Assembly: GCA_025965615.1 (NCBI GenBank)
Contig: JAOPWP010000133.1
Coordinates: forward strand, 1-54,277
From: Frankiales bacterium
GTDB lineage: Bacteria > Actinomycetota > Actinomycetes > Mycobacteriales > SCTD01
Direction: 5' to 3'
Length of the DNA stretch: 54,277 nucleotides
Each line of letters starts with the position of its first letter. The stretch's first letter is position 1. Positions 18,471 to 27,076 of this stretch are shown here, one piece after another. The translations under genes and the position numbers were made by a program. The notes under the pieces are model-generated. The model was not told the DNA's origin, searched no databases, and saw nothing but the letters and a program-made list of their open reading frames with translations.

Positions 18471-19372
18471 GGTGCGCCCTGCGCACCCGGCTGCTCGGCC
18501 AGCCACTCGCGCAGCCAGTCGAGCAGCGGCGGGCCGAGGTCCTCGCGGTCGGCCGCGAGGCGGACGACGGCCTTGAGGTAGTCGAGCCGGTCCCCGGTGT
18601 CGTAGCGGCGGCCACGGAAGACCACGCCGTGCACCGGCTCGACGGCGATCAGCTCCTGGATGGCGTCCGTCAGCTGGTACTCGCCCCCCCGGCCCACAGG
18701 GAGGGTCCGCAGCACCTCGAAGACGGTCGGCGAGAGCACGTAGCGGCCGATGATCGCCAGGTCGCTGGGGGCCTCGTCGACCGGAGGCTTCTCGACCAGC
18801 CCTGTGATGCGGACGACGTCGTCGGCCGGGCCGGGCTCGACGGCGGCGCAGCCGTACATGCTGATCTGGTCGTGCGGCACCTCCATCAGCGCGATGACGC
18901 TGCCGCCCTCGCGCGCCTGCACCTCCACCATCTGCTCGAGCAGGTGGTCGCGGAAGTCGATCAGGTCGTCGCCGAGGAGCACGGCGAACGGCTCGTGGCC
19001 GACGTGCTGCGCCGCGGCGAGCACGGCGTGCCCGAGGCCCTTCGCGTCGCCCTGGCGCACGTAGTGGACGGCGGCGAGCTCGCTCGAGGCGCGCACGGCG
19101 GCCAGCCGGTCGAGGTCCCCCTTGGCCTCGAGCGCGAGCTCCAGCTCGACGGCCCGGTCGAAGTGGTCCTCCAGCGGCCGCTTGTTGCGCCCGGTGATCA
19201 TGAGCACGTCGTCGAGCCCGGCGCGGACGGCCTCCTCCACGACGTACTGGATCGCAGGCTTGTCGACGACCGGGAGCATCTCCTTCGGCGTCGCCTTGGT
19301 CGCCGGCAGGAAGCGCGTCCCCAGCCCTGCCGCAGGGATCACGGCCTTGGTCACTCTCGGGGGCACGGTCAT
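18467..19372 (-). CDS. galU: UTP--glucose-1-phosphate uridylyltransferase
   Basis: ATG at 19372 (MTVPPRVTKAVIPAAGLGTRFLPATKATPKEMLPVVDKPAIQYVVEEA). This is the canonical GalU N-terminus. Confidence 0.9.
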   Translation of the reverse strand: MTVPPRVTKAVIPAAGLGTRFLPATKATPKEMLPVVDKPAIQYVVEEAVRAGLDDVLMITGRNKRPLEDHFDRAVELELALEAKGDLDRLAAVRASSELAAVHYVRQGDAKGLGHAVLAAAQHVGHEPFAVLLGDDLIDFRDHLLEQMVEVQAREGGSVIALMEVPHDQISMYGCAAVEPGPADDVVRITGLVEKPPVDEAPSDLAIIGRYVLSPTVFEVLRTLPVGRGGEYQLTDAIQELIAVEPVHGVVFRGRRYDTGDRLDYLKAVVRLAADREDLGPPLLDWLREWLAEQPGAQGAP

Positions 19373-19382
19373 GACCGCGACC

Positions 19383-21416
19383 CTACGACGAGCTGGGCCG
19401 CAACCTCGGTGCAGCCGCCGGAACCGCGGCGTCGTCGGGTCCGGGAGGGGTCCGAGGCGGCTCGGGCGGGGCCAGCCTCCAGCCGTCGCGCCCACCGCGC
19501 TTCGCGGCGTAGAGGGCCTCGTCGGCCCGTCGCAGCAGGCCGGCGGACGTCGCACCGTGCGTGGGGAACAGCGCCACGCCGATGCTCACCGTGATCTCGA
19601 GCGGCTCCTCGCCGACGCCGCCGAACGGGTGGCGGCGGACGACGGCGTTGATCCGCTCCGCCGCCTGGACGGCGCCCTTCTCGTCGGTCTCCGGCAGGAC
19701 CACCACGAACTCCTCGCCCCCGTAGCGGGCGAGGGTGTCCACGTCCCGCACCGTGCGGCGCACCCGCTCGGCCAGCTCGGCGAGGACCACGTCTCCCCGC
19801 TGGTGCCCGTGCACGTCGTTGACCAGCTTGAAGTGGTCGAGGTCCAGCATCAGCAGCGCGAGCGGGCGGTTGAACCGGGCGGCGCGCTCGATCTCCTTCC
19901 CGACCGTCATCTGGAAGTAGCGGTAGTTCCACAGACCGGTCAGGCCGTCGGTGATCGACAGCTTGCGGGTCTCCTCGTGCAGCAGCACGTTGTCGACGGC
20001 CACGGTGGCCTGGCTGGTGAAGGTCCGGAGCGTCTGCAGGTCGTCGTCCCCGAACTCGCCACCGCCCCCGCGCTCGAACAGGACCAGGACGCCGATCACC
20101 TTCGTGGAGCTCTTGAGGGGGACGGCGATGAGCGCCGTCTGCGTCGGCTCACCCGGCCCCGGGTGCAGATGGCCGGGCCCGTCGCCCATGCGCCCGCGGA
20201 CGGCGGTGCCCGAGTGCGCGACCTGGCCGATCACGCCGACGCCCACCGGCAGGCGCAGGTCCCTCCTGACGTCGTGCTCCTCCAGGCCGTGCTCCACGGC
20301 GACCGTGAGCTCGGTCCCGTCGCCGTCGAGCAGGAGGACCGCCCCGGCCCGCGCCCGGGTCGACGCCTGGGCGGTCTCGAGGACGACGTTGAGGATGCGG
20401 ACGAGGTCGTGCGTGCCGGACAGGGCGTCCCCCAGCCGCGCGACGCCGGCCTGGAGCTCGTCGCGGCTGGACTCGAGGGCGCCGATGTAGCGGCGCAGCT
20501 CGTCGGTCATGGAGTTGAAGGACCCGGCCAGCCGCCCGACCTCGTCGCGCGACCGCACCGGGATCACCGTCGTCAGGTCTCCGCTCGACACCCGGGCGGC
20601 GGCGGCGCCCAGCTCCTCGAGCGGTCGCGTGGTGGCTCTCGCCAGCAGGGCGGCGATGCCGATCGCAACGAGCCCCACCAGCAGGGTGGCCGCGAGGGCG
20701 TACGGCAGGACGTCGGCACCCGCCTCGTCGCGCTGCGTCAGCAGGACCCCGACCGGCTGGCCCGGGCGGGCTGCGGTCAGGAAGGCGTGCTGGCCGTCGA
20801 CGAGCACCGGGTCGTCACCGCTGTTGCGCGCCGCGTCGACCAGTGCCGGGGGGACCGTCGCGCTCGAGGCGATGACCTCCCCGTCGAGCAGGAAGGCGAC
20901 CTGCCCACGCCCGGCCACGTCCTTCAAGCGGGTGGCGAGGGCCTTGTCCACCGTGAACGCGGCGACCGCAGCGCCGGCTGCACCACCACCGGGGCGCTGC
21001 AGCTGCACCACACCCACGACCTGGACCCCGGCACCCGTGCGGACGGCGTCACCCGCACTGCAGTCACGTGGCGGCAGGGTCGGGGCCGCTCCGGCCTCGG
21101 CCCGGGACGCGCCGTCGGCATCGACGACCCGGACGCCGTCGGCCACGCCGCTGCGCACGATCTGGTCGAGAGCGGCGCGCAGCTCCTCGGGCGCAGCGGT
21201 GGCAGAGGCCCGTCCGGCCGCCTCCGCGGCACCGCGGGCCCGGCTGCACAGCTCGGAGACGACGGTGGCGGCGAACCGGCCGCTCGAGACCAGTCCCTGG
21301 CCCTGCCGGTCGGCGAGCGCAGCAGGCAGCGTGGAGCTCAGCAGGGCGACCACGACGAGCAGGGGGACGAGGACCACGGCGACGAAGGCAGCGACCAGCC
21401 GGGTCCGCAGGGTCAT
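19383..21416 (-). CDS. membrane sensor diguanylate cyclase (TM - extracytoplasmic domain - TM - HAMP - GAF - GGDEF)
   Basis: 677 aa. The domains are an N-terminal TM (LVAAFVAVVLVPLLVVVALL), a second TM (LAATLLVGLVAIGIAALLA), a HAMP (RPLEELGAAAARVSSGDLTT...DEVGRLAGSFNSM), a GAF-like region, and GGDEF with an intact active site RYGGEEF. An RxxD I-site (RDVD) lies 5 residues upstream. No EAL or HD-GYP domain is present. Confidence 0.85.
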   Translation of the reverse strand: MTLRTRLVAAFVAVVLVPLLVVVALLSSTLPAALADRQGQGLVSSGRFAATVVSELCSRARGAAEAAGRASATAAPEELRAALDQIVRSGVADGVRVVDADGASRAEAGAAPTLPPRDCSAGDAVRTGAGVQVVGVVQLQRPGGGAAGAAVAAFTVDKALATRLKDVAGRGQVAFLLDGEVIASSATVPPALVDAARNSGDDPVLVDGQHAFLTAARPGQPVGVLLTQRDEAGADVLPYALAATLLVGLVAIGIAALLARATTRPLEELGAAAARVSSGDLTTVIPVRSRDEVGRLAGSFNSMTDELRRYIGALESSRDELQAGVARLGDALSGTHDLVRILNVVLETAQASTRARAGAVLLLDGDGTELTVAVEHGLEEHDVRRDLRLPVGVGVIGQVAHSGTAVRGRMGDGPGHLHPGPGEPTQTALIAVPLKSSTKVIGVLVLFERGGGGEFGDDDLQTLRTFTSQATVAVDNVLLHEETRKLSITDGLTGLWNYRYFQMTVGKEIERAARFNRPLALLMLDLDHFKLVNDVHGHQRGDVVLAELAERVRRTVRDVDTLARYGGEEFVVVLPETDEKGAVQAAERINAVVRRHPFGGVGEEPLEITVSIGVALFPTHGATSAGLLRRADEALYAAKRGGRDGWRLAPPEPPRTPPGPDDAAVPAAAPRLRPSSS

Positions 21417-21472
21417 GCCTCACCTCCGATCGCCGAGCATCCGCCGGACATCGGCGGTGAGATGCTCCCACG

Positions 21473-22039
21473 GTGACCATCGGCAAGAGAGCGCTTCGGG
21501 TGGAGGCGCTCTCGCGCCGGCAGACGATCCCGGCCCACCAGAGCAGGGCGGCCGAGCTGAGCCTCGCCGATGCCCTCGCGCCTCTCGCCGGAGGCCGGAT
21601 CGCCGCCTACGCCTCGATCGGGACCGAACCGGGGACCGGTGCGCTGCTGGCTCGGGCGCAGGAGGTGCTCCTGCCGGTCCTGCTCCAGGACGGGGACCTC
21701 GACTGGGTGCTGTTCGAGGGGACGCTGGTCGCCGGGCCGTACGGGCTGCTCGAGCCCGCGGGGCCCCGGCTCGGCCGCGACGCCCTGGCCGACTGCTCGC
21801 TGGTGGTGGTGCCGGCGCTGGCGGTCGACCGGACGGGGACGCGGCTGGGCCGTGGTGGCGGGTCGTACGACCGTGCCTTGCGCCGCACCTCGGCACTGAC
21901 CGTGGCCGCCCTGCACGTCGGTGAGTTCTGCGAGGCGCTCCCGAGACAGGCCCACGACGTGCCGGTCGACGCCGTCGTGCTGCCGGACCGGGGGCTGGTG
22001 ACAGTGGGGCAAACCGGTCCTGGTGAGATAGCCCTGTGA
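21473..22039 (+). CDS. 5-formyltetrahydrofolate cyclo-ligase family protein
   Basis: GTG start at 21473. It has the VVVPALAVDRTGTRLGRGGGSYDRAL motif (GxGGGxYDR). Its position relative to galU matches Rv0992c. Confidence 0.8.
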   Translation: MTIGKRALRVEALSRRQTIPAHQSRAAELSLADALAPLAGGRIAAYASIGTEPGTGALLARAQEVLLPVLLQDGDLDWVLFEGTLVAGPYGLLEPAGPRLGRDALADCSLVVVPALAVDRTGTRLGRGGGSYDRALRRTSALTVAALHVGEFCEALPRQAHDVPVDAVVLPDRGLVTVGQTGPGEIAL

Positions 22040-22557
22040 ATGGACGAGAAGGCACCTTCGGGTTCGACGACCTCCTGGCGGCCAACGAGGGCTACGCCGC
22101 CCGGTTCTCCGCCGCCGACCTCCCGGGCCGGGCCGCCCGGGGGCTCGCTGTCGTGACGTGCATGGACTCCCGGATCGAGCCGCTCCAGATGCTCGGCCTG
22201 TCCAACGGCGACGCGAAGATCCTGCGCAACGCCGGAGCGCGGGTCACGGATGACGTGCTGCGGACCCTCGTGCTCGCCACGCACCTGCTCGGCGTCCAGC
22301 GCGTGATGGTGGTGGCGCACACGGACTGCCGCATGTCCAAGGTCACCGACGAGCAGGTCCACGCCCAGATCTGGGAGCAGGCCGGGCTCGACACCCGCAG
22401 CCTGGAGTTCCGCACCGTCGCAGACCAGAAGGCGATGCTGGCTGCCGACGTCCAGCGCATCCGCAGCTCGCCCTACATGCCGGCCGACCTGCCCGTGCTC
22501 GGGACGCTCTACGACGTCTCGACGGGACGCCTCCAGGTCGAGGTGCCGGTCAGCTGA
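22036..22557 (+). CDS. beta-class carbonic anhydrase
   Basis: Zinc ligand motifs are CMDSR and HTDCRM. The GTG start overlaps the preceding stop as GTGA. Confidence 0.85.
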   Translation: MNGREGTFGFDDLLAANEGYAARFSAADLPGRAARGLAVVTCMDSRIEPLQMLGLSNGDAKILRNAGARVTDDVLRTLVLATHLLGVQRVMVVAHTDCRMSKVTDEQVHAQIWEQAGLDTRSLEFRTVADQKAMLAADVQRIRSSPYMPADLPVLGTLYDVSTGRLQVEVPVS

Positions 22558-23212
22558 CCCCGGCCTGGGCCTCTCGACGGAGCGTGAGGGCGGCTGCGAC
22601 GTACTGCACGGCCGTGACCACGGTCAGGACCACGGCGAGGACGAGCACCGGCAGGCGCAGGTCAGCGAGCGCTCCGCTCGGAGGGAGCAGTTCGAGCGGC
22701 AGCAGGTAGAGGGCCACGGCGATGTTCTGGGCCAGGCACTTGAGCTTGCCGCCCCGGCTCGCCGGCAGCAGCCCGTGACGGAGCAGGGCGGTGCGCAGCA
22801 GGGTCACGCCCACCTCGCGGACCAGGATCAGCGCGGTGGCCCACCACGGGAGCAGACCGAGCACGGACAGGCCGACGAAGGCCGTGCCCGTCAGCGCCTT
22901 GTCGGCGATGGGGTCGGCCATGATCCCGAAGGCCGTGATCTGGTCGCGGCGCCGGGCCAGGTGCCCGTCGAGCACGTCCGTGAAGCAGGCCAGCGTGAAC
23001 AGGCCCCAGGCCGTGACGCGCCCTGCTGTCGAGTCCATGGACGTCATCAGCACGACGGCGAAGACCGGCACCACGAGCAGGCGGCCGCTGGTGAGGACGT
23101 TGGGGAGGTTCACGTTGGCCTGGGCGCGCACACGGGTCGTCGCACCGGCACCTGCGGCCGTCCCCGGGCGGGTGAGGGCGCGGACCTCGCCTCCAGCGCT
23201 GAGCACGCTCAC
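22550..23212 (-). CDS. pgsA: CDP-alcohol phosphatidyltransferase (PgsA-type CDP-diacylglycerol--glycerol-3-phosphate 3-phosphatidyltransferase)
   Basis: ORF 22550..23371 trimmed to the GTG at 23212. It carries the CDP-alcohol motif DVLDGHLARRRDQITAFGIMADPIADK and several TM helices. Confidence 0.8.
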   Translation of the reverse strand: MSVLSAGGEVRALTRPGTAAGAGATTRVRAQANVNLPNVLTSGRLLVVPVFAVVLMTSMDSTAGRVTAWGLFTLACFTDVLDGHLARRRDQITAFGIMADPIADKALTGTAFVGLSVLGLLPWWATALILVREVGVTLLRTALLRHGLLPASRGGKLKCLAQNIAVALYLLPLELLPPSGALADLRLPVLVLAVVLTVVTAVQYVAAALTLRREAQAGVS

Positions 23213-23500
23213 GTCTATCGCCTCCGTCGGGTCAGGTCCGGCAGGCGAGCCGGAGGAGCAGTGGGTGCACCGTCGGCGGCACCAGGCGCGCGTGGCGCCC
23301 CTGCGTCGTGACCGACTGCTGCTTCGTACCGCCAGGAGGACCCGGCAAACGCCCAGGCCGTTCGGGGACACGCGTCCGCCATGACACTCGTCACACCCGG
23401 CCTCACCGCCGAGGCCGCCCGGGTGTCAGGGGCCCGCGAGCGTTGGACGACCGCGGCGTGCGTGACGCACACTGGCACTCGCCCCCACAGAGTGCCAACG

Positions 23501-23905
23501 ATGGAGATCACCGTGCCGACCTACCAGTACGCCTGCACGGCCTGCGACGAGCGCCTGGAGGCCGTCCAGGCCTTCGCTGACGCGGCTCTGACGGAGTGTC
23601 CCGTGTGCGGCGGCCGGCTCCGCAAGGTGTTCAGCGCCGTCGGAGTGGTCTTCAAGGGGTCGGGCTTCTACAAGAACGACAGCCGGGACTCCGCGAACAA
23701 GGGCAGCAAGAGCGAGAGCGCTCCCGCGACCGCCTCGAAGGAAGGGTCGACGGGCAGCACCGACTCCGGTTCCGGGAGCGGGTCCAAGGACGGCGCGAGC
23801 AGCTCCGCCAGCTCGGGCGGCTCGTCCAGCTCGGGGGACGGCGGGTCCAGCGCTCCGGCCACGCCTGCCAAGGCGCCGGCCGCTACGGCCGCCAAGAGCA
23901 GCTAG
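23501..23905 (+). CDS. FmdB-family CxxC...CxxC zinc-ribbon protein with a Ser/Gly-rich disordered tail (Rv0991c-like)
   Basis: ATG at 23501 (MEITVPTYQYACTACDERLEAVQAFADAALTECPVCGGRLRKVFS). An alternative GTG lies at 23513. The tail is about 80 residues of S/G/A low complexity. Confidence 0.8.
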   Translation: MEITVPTYQYACTACDERLEAVQAFADAALTECPVCGGRLRKVFSAVGVVFKGSGFYKNDSRDSANKGSKSESAPATASKEGSTGSTDSGSGSGSKDGASSSASSGGSSSSGDGGSSAPATPAKAPAATAAKSS

Positions 23906-23911
23906 CAAGCC

Positions 23912-23934
23912 GCCGTCCCCGGGCTGTGGACGGC
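23912..23934 (+). terminator. hairpin 7 nt after the FmdB-family stop (candidate terminator)
   Basis: GCCGTCC (23912-23918), a 9-nt loop, then GGACGGC (23928-23934). There is no U-tract. Confidence 0.35.
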
Positions 23935-24004
23935 GCGCGGGTGCGCCCCGTCCCTCACGCCTCGCCCTAGGGTCACCCCCTGACCGAGGACGAGGAGGCG
24001 CGCC

Positions 24005-24808
24005 GTGGGACCCACCGCTGAGATCGGGGTGATCGGGGGCTCCGGGCTCTACGCCCTGCTCGAGGGGGCGCGGGAGGTGGTGGTCGACACCCCCTACGGC
24101 CCGCCGAGCGACCGCCTGGTCGTCGGAGAGGTCTCCGGCGTGCGGGTGGCCTTCGTCCCCCGTCACGGGCGCGACCACCAGCACCCACCGCACGCCATCC
24201 CCTACCGCGCCAACCTCTGGGCCTTGCGCAGCCTGGGGGTGCGGCAGGTCCTCGCCCCCTGCGCGGTCGGGAGCCTGCGCGCCGAGCTCGGACCGGGGTC
24301 GCTCGTCGTCTGCGACCAGCTGGTCGACCGCACGTCCGGCCGTCCCCAGACCTTCCACGACACCGGAGCCGTCCACGTCGGCTTCGCCGACCCCTACTGC
24401 CCCACGGGGCGCCAGACCGCGGTCGACGTCGCCACGGCGAGCGGCTGGCCGGTCACCGACGGCGGCACGATGGTCGTGGTCGAGGGCCCTCGCTTCTCCA
24501 CCCGGGCTGAGAGCCAGTGGTTCGCCGCCCAGGGGTGGTCGGTGGTCAACATGACCGGTCACCCCGAGGCCGTCCTCGCGCGGGAGCTGGCGCTCTGCTA
24601 CACCGCGATCGCCCTCGTGACCGACCTGGATGCCGGCGTGGACGCCGGGTCCTCCGTGAGCCAAGCCGAGGTGTTCCGGGTCTTCGCCGAGAACACCGCG
24701 CGCCTTCGCGAGCTGCTGCTGGACGTCGTCCAGGCCCTTCCCGCGACCCGCTCGTGCTCCTGCGGTTCCGCTCTCGACGGCCTCCCGGTCGACCTCGAGC
24801 TGCCGTGA
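24005..24808 (+). CDS. mtnP: S-methyl-5'-thioadenosine phosphorylase
   Basis: IGVIGGSGLY, FVPRHGRDHQHPPHAIPYRANLWALRSLGV and VVNMTGHPEAVLARE are MTAP/PNP family signatures. Confidence 0.9.
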   Translation: MGPTAEIGVIGGSGLYALLEGAREVVVDTPYGPPSDRLVVGEVSGVRVAFVPRHGRDHQHPPHAIPYRANLWALRSLGVRQVLAPCAVGSLRAELGPGSLVVCDQLVDRTSGRPQTFHDTGAVHVGFADPYCPTGRQTAVDVATASGWPVTDGGTMVVVEGPRFSTRAESQWFAAQGWSVVNMTGHPEAVLARELALCYTAIALVTDLDAGVDAGSSVSQAEVFRVFAENTARLRELLLDVVQALPATRSCSCGSALDGLPVDLELP

Positions 24809-25473
24809 CCGGCACCGGCCCGCGCCGCCCGCGCAGGACGACCGCTCGAGGGCTCGGACCCCGGGAGCTGCGGACGGCCGTGTCCCGGCACCGCGTCCTG
24901 CTCGCGGGCGGTTTGGCGGCGGCAGCGGTCGCAGCCGGTCTGAGCGCGGTGGCACCGTCCCCGGAGCCCGCCGTGCAGGTGGTGACAGCGGCTCGAGAGC
25001 TCGTTGCCGGGACCCCCCTGACCCCGGACGACCTGGTCGCGTCCACCGTCCCCGAGGCCCTGGTGCCTGCCGGCGCGCTGTCCGATGTCGACGCGGTCGT
25101 GGGCCGGCTGGTGGCAGGGCCGGTGCGACGAGGTGAGCCCCTCACCGACGTCCGCCTGCTCGGCACCGAGCTGCTGCGCCAGCCGTCGCCGGGCGGGTCC
25201 GACGAGGTGGTGGTGCCCGTCAGGGTCGCCGAGCCGGCCGCGGGCGCCCTGGTGAGACCCGGCGACCTGATCGACGTGCTCGGCGCCTCTCCGGAGGGCG
25301 GCGCGACGGCGACCGAACTCGCCACCGCGGTCCGTGTCCTGTCGGTGCCGGAGCTGGGGGACGACCCGGGCGAGGGGGCGCTGCTGGTGGTCGCGGCCAG
25401 CCGGGCCACGGCCGGTCGCCTCGCTGCCGCTGCGGTCACCTCGCGGCTCTCGCTCGTGGTGCGGTCCCGATGA
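24805..25473 (+). CDS. SAF-domain protein (CpaB/RcpC-like N-terminus, single TM)
   Basis: ORF 24517..25473 trimmed to the GTG at 24805 (GTGA overlap with the mtnP stop). It has a TM (VLLAGGLAAAAVAAGLSAV) followed by the SAF-like segment VVTAARELVAGTPLTPDDL. Confidence 0.6.
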   Translation: MTGTGPRRPRRTTARGLGPRELRTAVSRHRVLLAGGLAAAAVAAGLSAVAPSPEPAVQVVTAARELVAGTPLTPDDLVASTVPEALVPAGALSDVDAVVGRLVAGPVRRGEPLTDVRLLGTELLRQPSPGGSDEVVVPVRVAEPAAGALVRPGDLIDVLGASPEGGATATELATAVRVLSVPELGDDPGEGALLVVAASRATAGRLAAAAVTSRLSLVVRSR

Positions 25474-25516
25474 GGCTCGTGCGAGTCGACCCCATGAGCT
25501 CGTGCGAGCCGGCCCC

Positions 25517-27076
25517 ATGAGCTACCGCGTCTGGGGCTGGGGCGGGCCGGCCGACGAACCGGTCCGGGCTGACCTGCTGGCGCTCGGCCCGACGCTGCAG
25601 GACGCCATCGGGGTCCAGGCGCAGACACCCCTGACACCCGCGCCAGACCCGCGGCTCCCGGCCTCGCGCCGGCTCGGCTCGCTCCCCCCGTCGCTGCGGG
25701 CCCTCGCCTCCGATGACCCCGTCGACCGCGCCCGGCACGGGATCGGCCGCTCGTACCGCGATCTCGTCGGGGCGATCACCGGGGCGACGGGCGACGTCCC
25801 GGACCTGGTCCTGCGCCCCCGGGTGGAGCAGGACGTCGTCGCGGTCCTCGACTGGGCCTGCGACCAGCGCGTGCCGGTCGTCCCCTTCGGCGGCGGGACG
25901 AGCGTGGTGGGAGGTGTCGAGCCACGCGGGCTGGACGCGGCCGTCAGCCTCGACCTGTCGTCGCTGAGCGGCCTGGTCGAGGTCGACGAGGTCTCCCGGG
26001 CAGTGCGGCTGCGAGCGGGCACCCTCGGCCCCGACGCCGAGGACGCGCTTCGACCCCACGGCCTGACCCTGCGGTTCTACCCGCAGTCCTTCGAGCGCTC
26101 GACGGTGGGCGGGTGGGTCGCCACCCGCGCGGCCGGTCACTTCTCGACCGGTCCGACCCACGTCGACGACCTCGTGGAGTCCGTCCGCGCCGTGACCCCC
26201 TCGGGCACGTGGGAGTCCCGGCGCCTCCCCGGTTCCGGGGCCGGGCCCAGCCCGGACCGCCTGCTGCTCGGCAGCGAGGGGACCCTCGGCGTGATCACCG
26301 AGGCGTGGCTCCGGGCTCAGCCGCGGCCGGCCTCCCGGTGGGCCGCGACCCTCGCAGCACCAGACCTCGCCACCGGGGGCCGGGGCGTGCGGGCCCTCCT
26401 GCAGGCCGGCCTGCTCCCGGCGACCTGCCGCCTGCTCGACCCGGCCGAGGCCTCGCTGACCGGCACCCTCGCGACCGGCGAGGCGGCGCTGGTGCTGGGG
26501 TTCGAGTCGCTGGCCGCGCCGGCCGCCAGCGACGGGGAGCTCGCCCTCGAGCTGTGCCGCGGTGAGGGTCTGCGGGTGCTGGAGTCAGGCGGGAGGGGCG
26601 CCGCCGGCCAGGCCTGGCGCTCGTCGTTCCTGCGAGCGCCCTATCTGCGCGAGTCGCTCGTGCTGTTGGGTGTGCTCGTCGAGACGTTCGAGACAGCCGT
26701 GACCTGGGACCGCTTCGACGCGCTGGTCGCTGCCGTGACGGCAGCCACCCGGGACGCCCTGCAGCAGGTCTGCGGTGGCGGCCGCGTCACCTGCCGCCTG
26801 ACCCACGCCTACGTGGACGGCTGCGCCCCGTACTTCACCGTGCTCGCACCGTCGCGGCGCGGCTGCGAGGTCGCCCAGTGGGACGACGTCAAGGCCGCTG
26901 CGAGCGAGGCCCTCACCGCGGCTGGAGGCACCATCACCCATCACCACGCGGTCGGCCGTGACCACCGACCCTGGTACGACCGCCAGCGGCCAGACCCCTT
27001 CGCGCTCGCGCTGGCGGGGGCCAAGGCCGCGGTCGACCCGGCCGGCGTCCTCAACCCCGGGGTGCTGATGTCATGA
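25517..27076 (+). CDS. FAD-linked oxidase (alkyl-dihydroxyacetonephosphate-synthase-like flavoprotein, Rv2251-like)
   Basis: ATG at 25517 (MSYRVWGWGGPADEP). The FAD-binding PCMH motif is VVPFGGGTSVVGGVEP. The C-terminus has HHHAVGRDH, typical of the AGPS/GlcD family. Confidence 0.85.
   Translation: MSYRVWGWGGPADEPVRADLLALGPTLQDAIGVQAQTPLTPAPDPRLPASRRLGSLPPSLRALASDDPVDRARHGIGRSYRDLVGAITGATGDVPDLVLRPRVEQDVVAVLDWACDQRVPVVPFGGGTSVVGGVEPRGLDAAVSLDLSSLSGLVEVDEVSRAVRLRAGTLGPDAEDALRPHGLTLRFYPQSFERSTVGGWVATRAAGHFSTGPTHVDDLVESVRAVTPSGTWESRRLPGSGAGPSPDRLLLGSEGTLGVITEAWLRAQPRPASRWAATLAAPDLATGGRGVRALLQAGLLPATCRLLDPAEASLTGTLATGEAALVLGFESLAAPAASDGELALELCRGEGLRVLESGGRGAAGQAWRSSFLRAPYLRESLVLLGVLVETFETAVTWDRFDALVAAVTAATRDALQQVCGGGRVTCRLTHAYVDGCAPYFTVLAPSRRGCEVAQWDDVKAAASEALTAAGGTITHHHAVGRDHRPWYDRQRPDPFALALAGAKAAVDPAGVLNPGVLMS

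Noticed and set aside
19122-21476. 784-aa plus-strand ORF opposite the diguanylate cyclase
   Set aside because: It is antisense to a gene with complete HAMP-GAF-GGDEF architecture, and its composition is typical of shadow frames.
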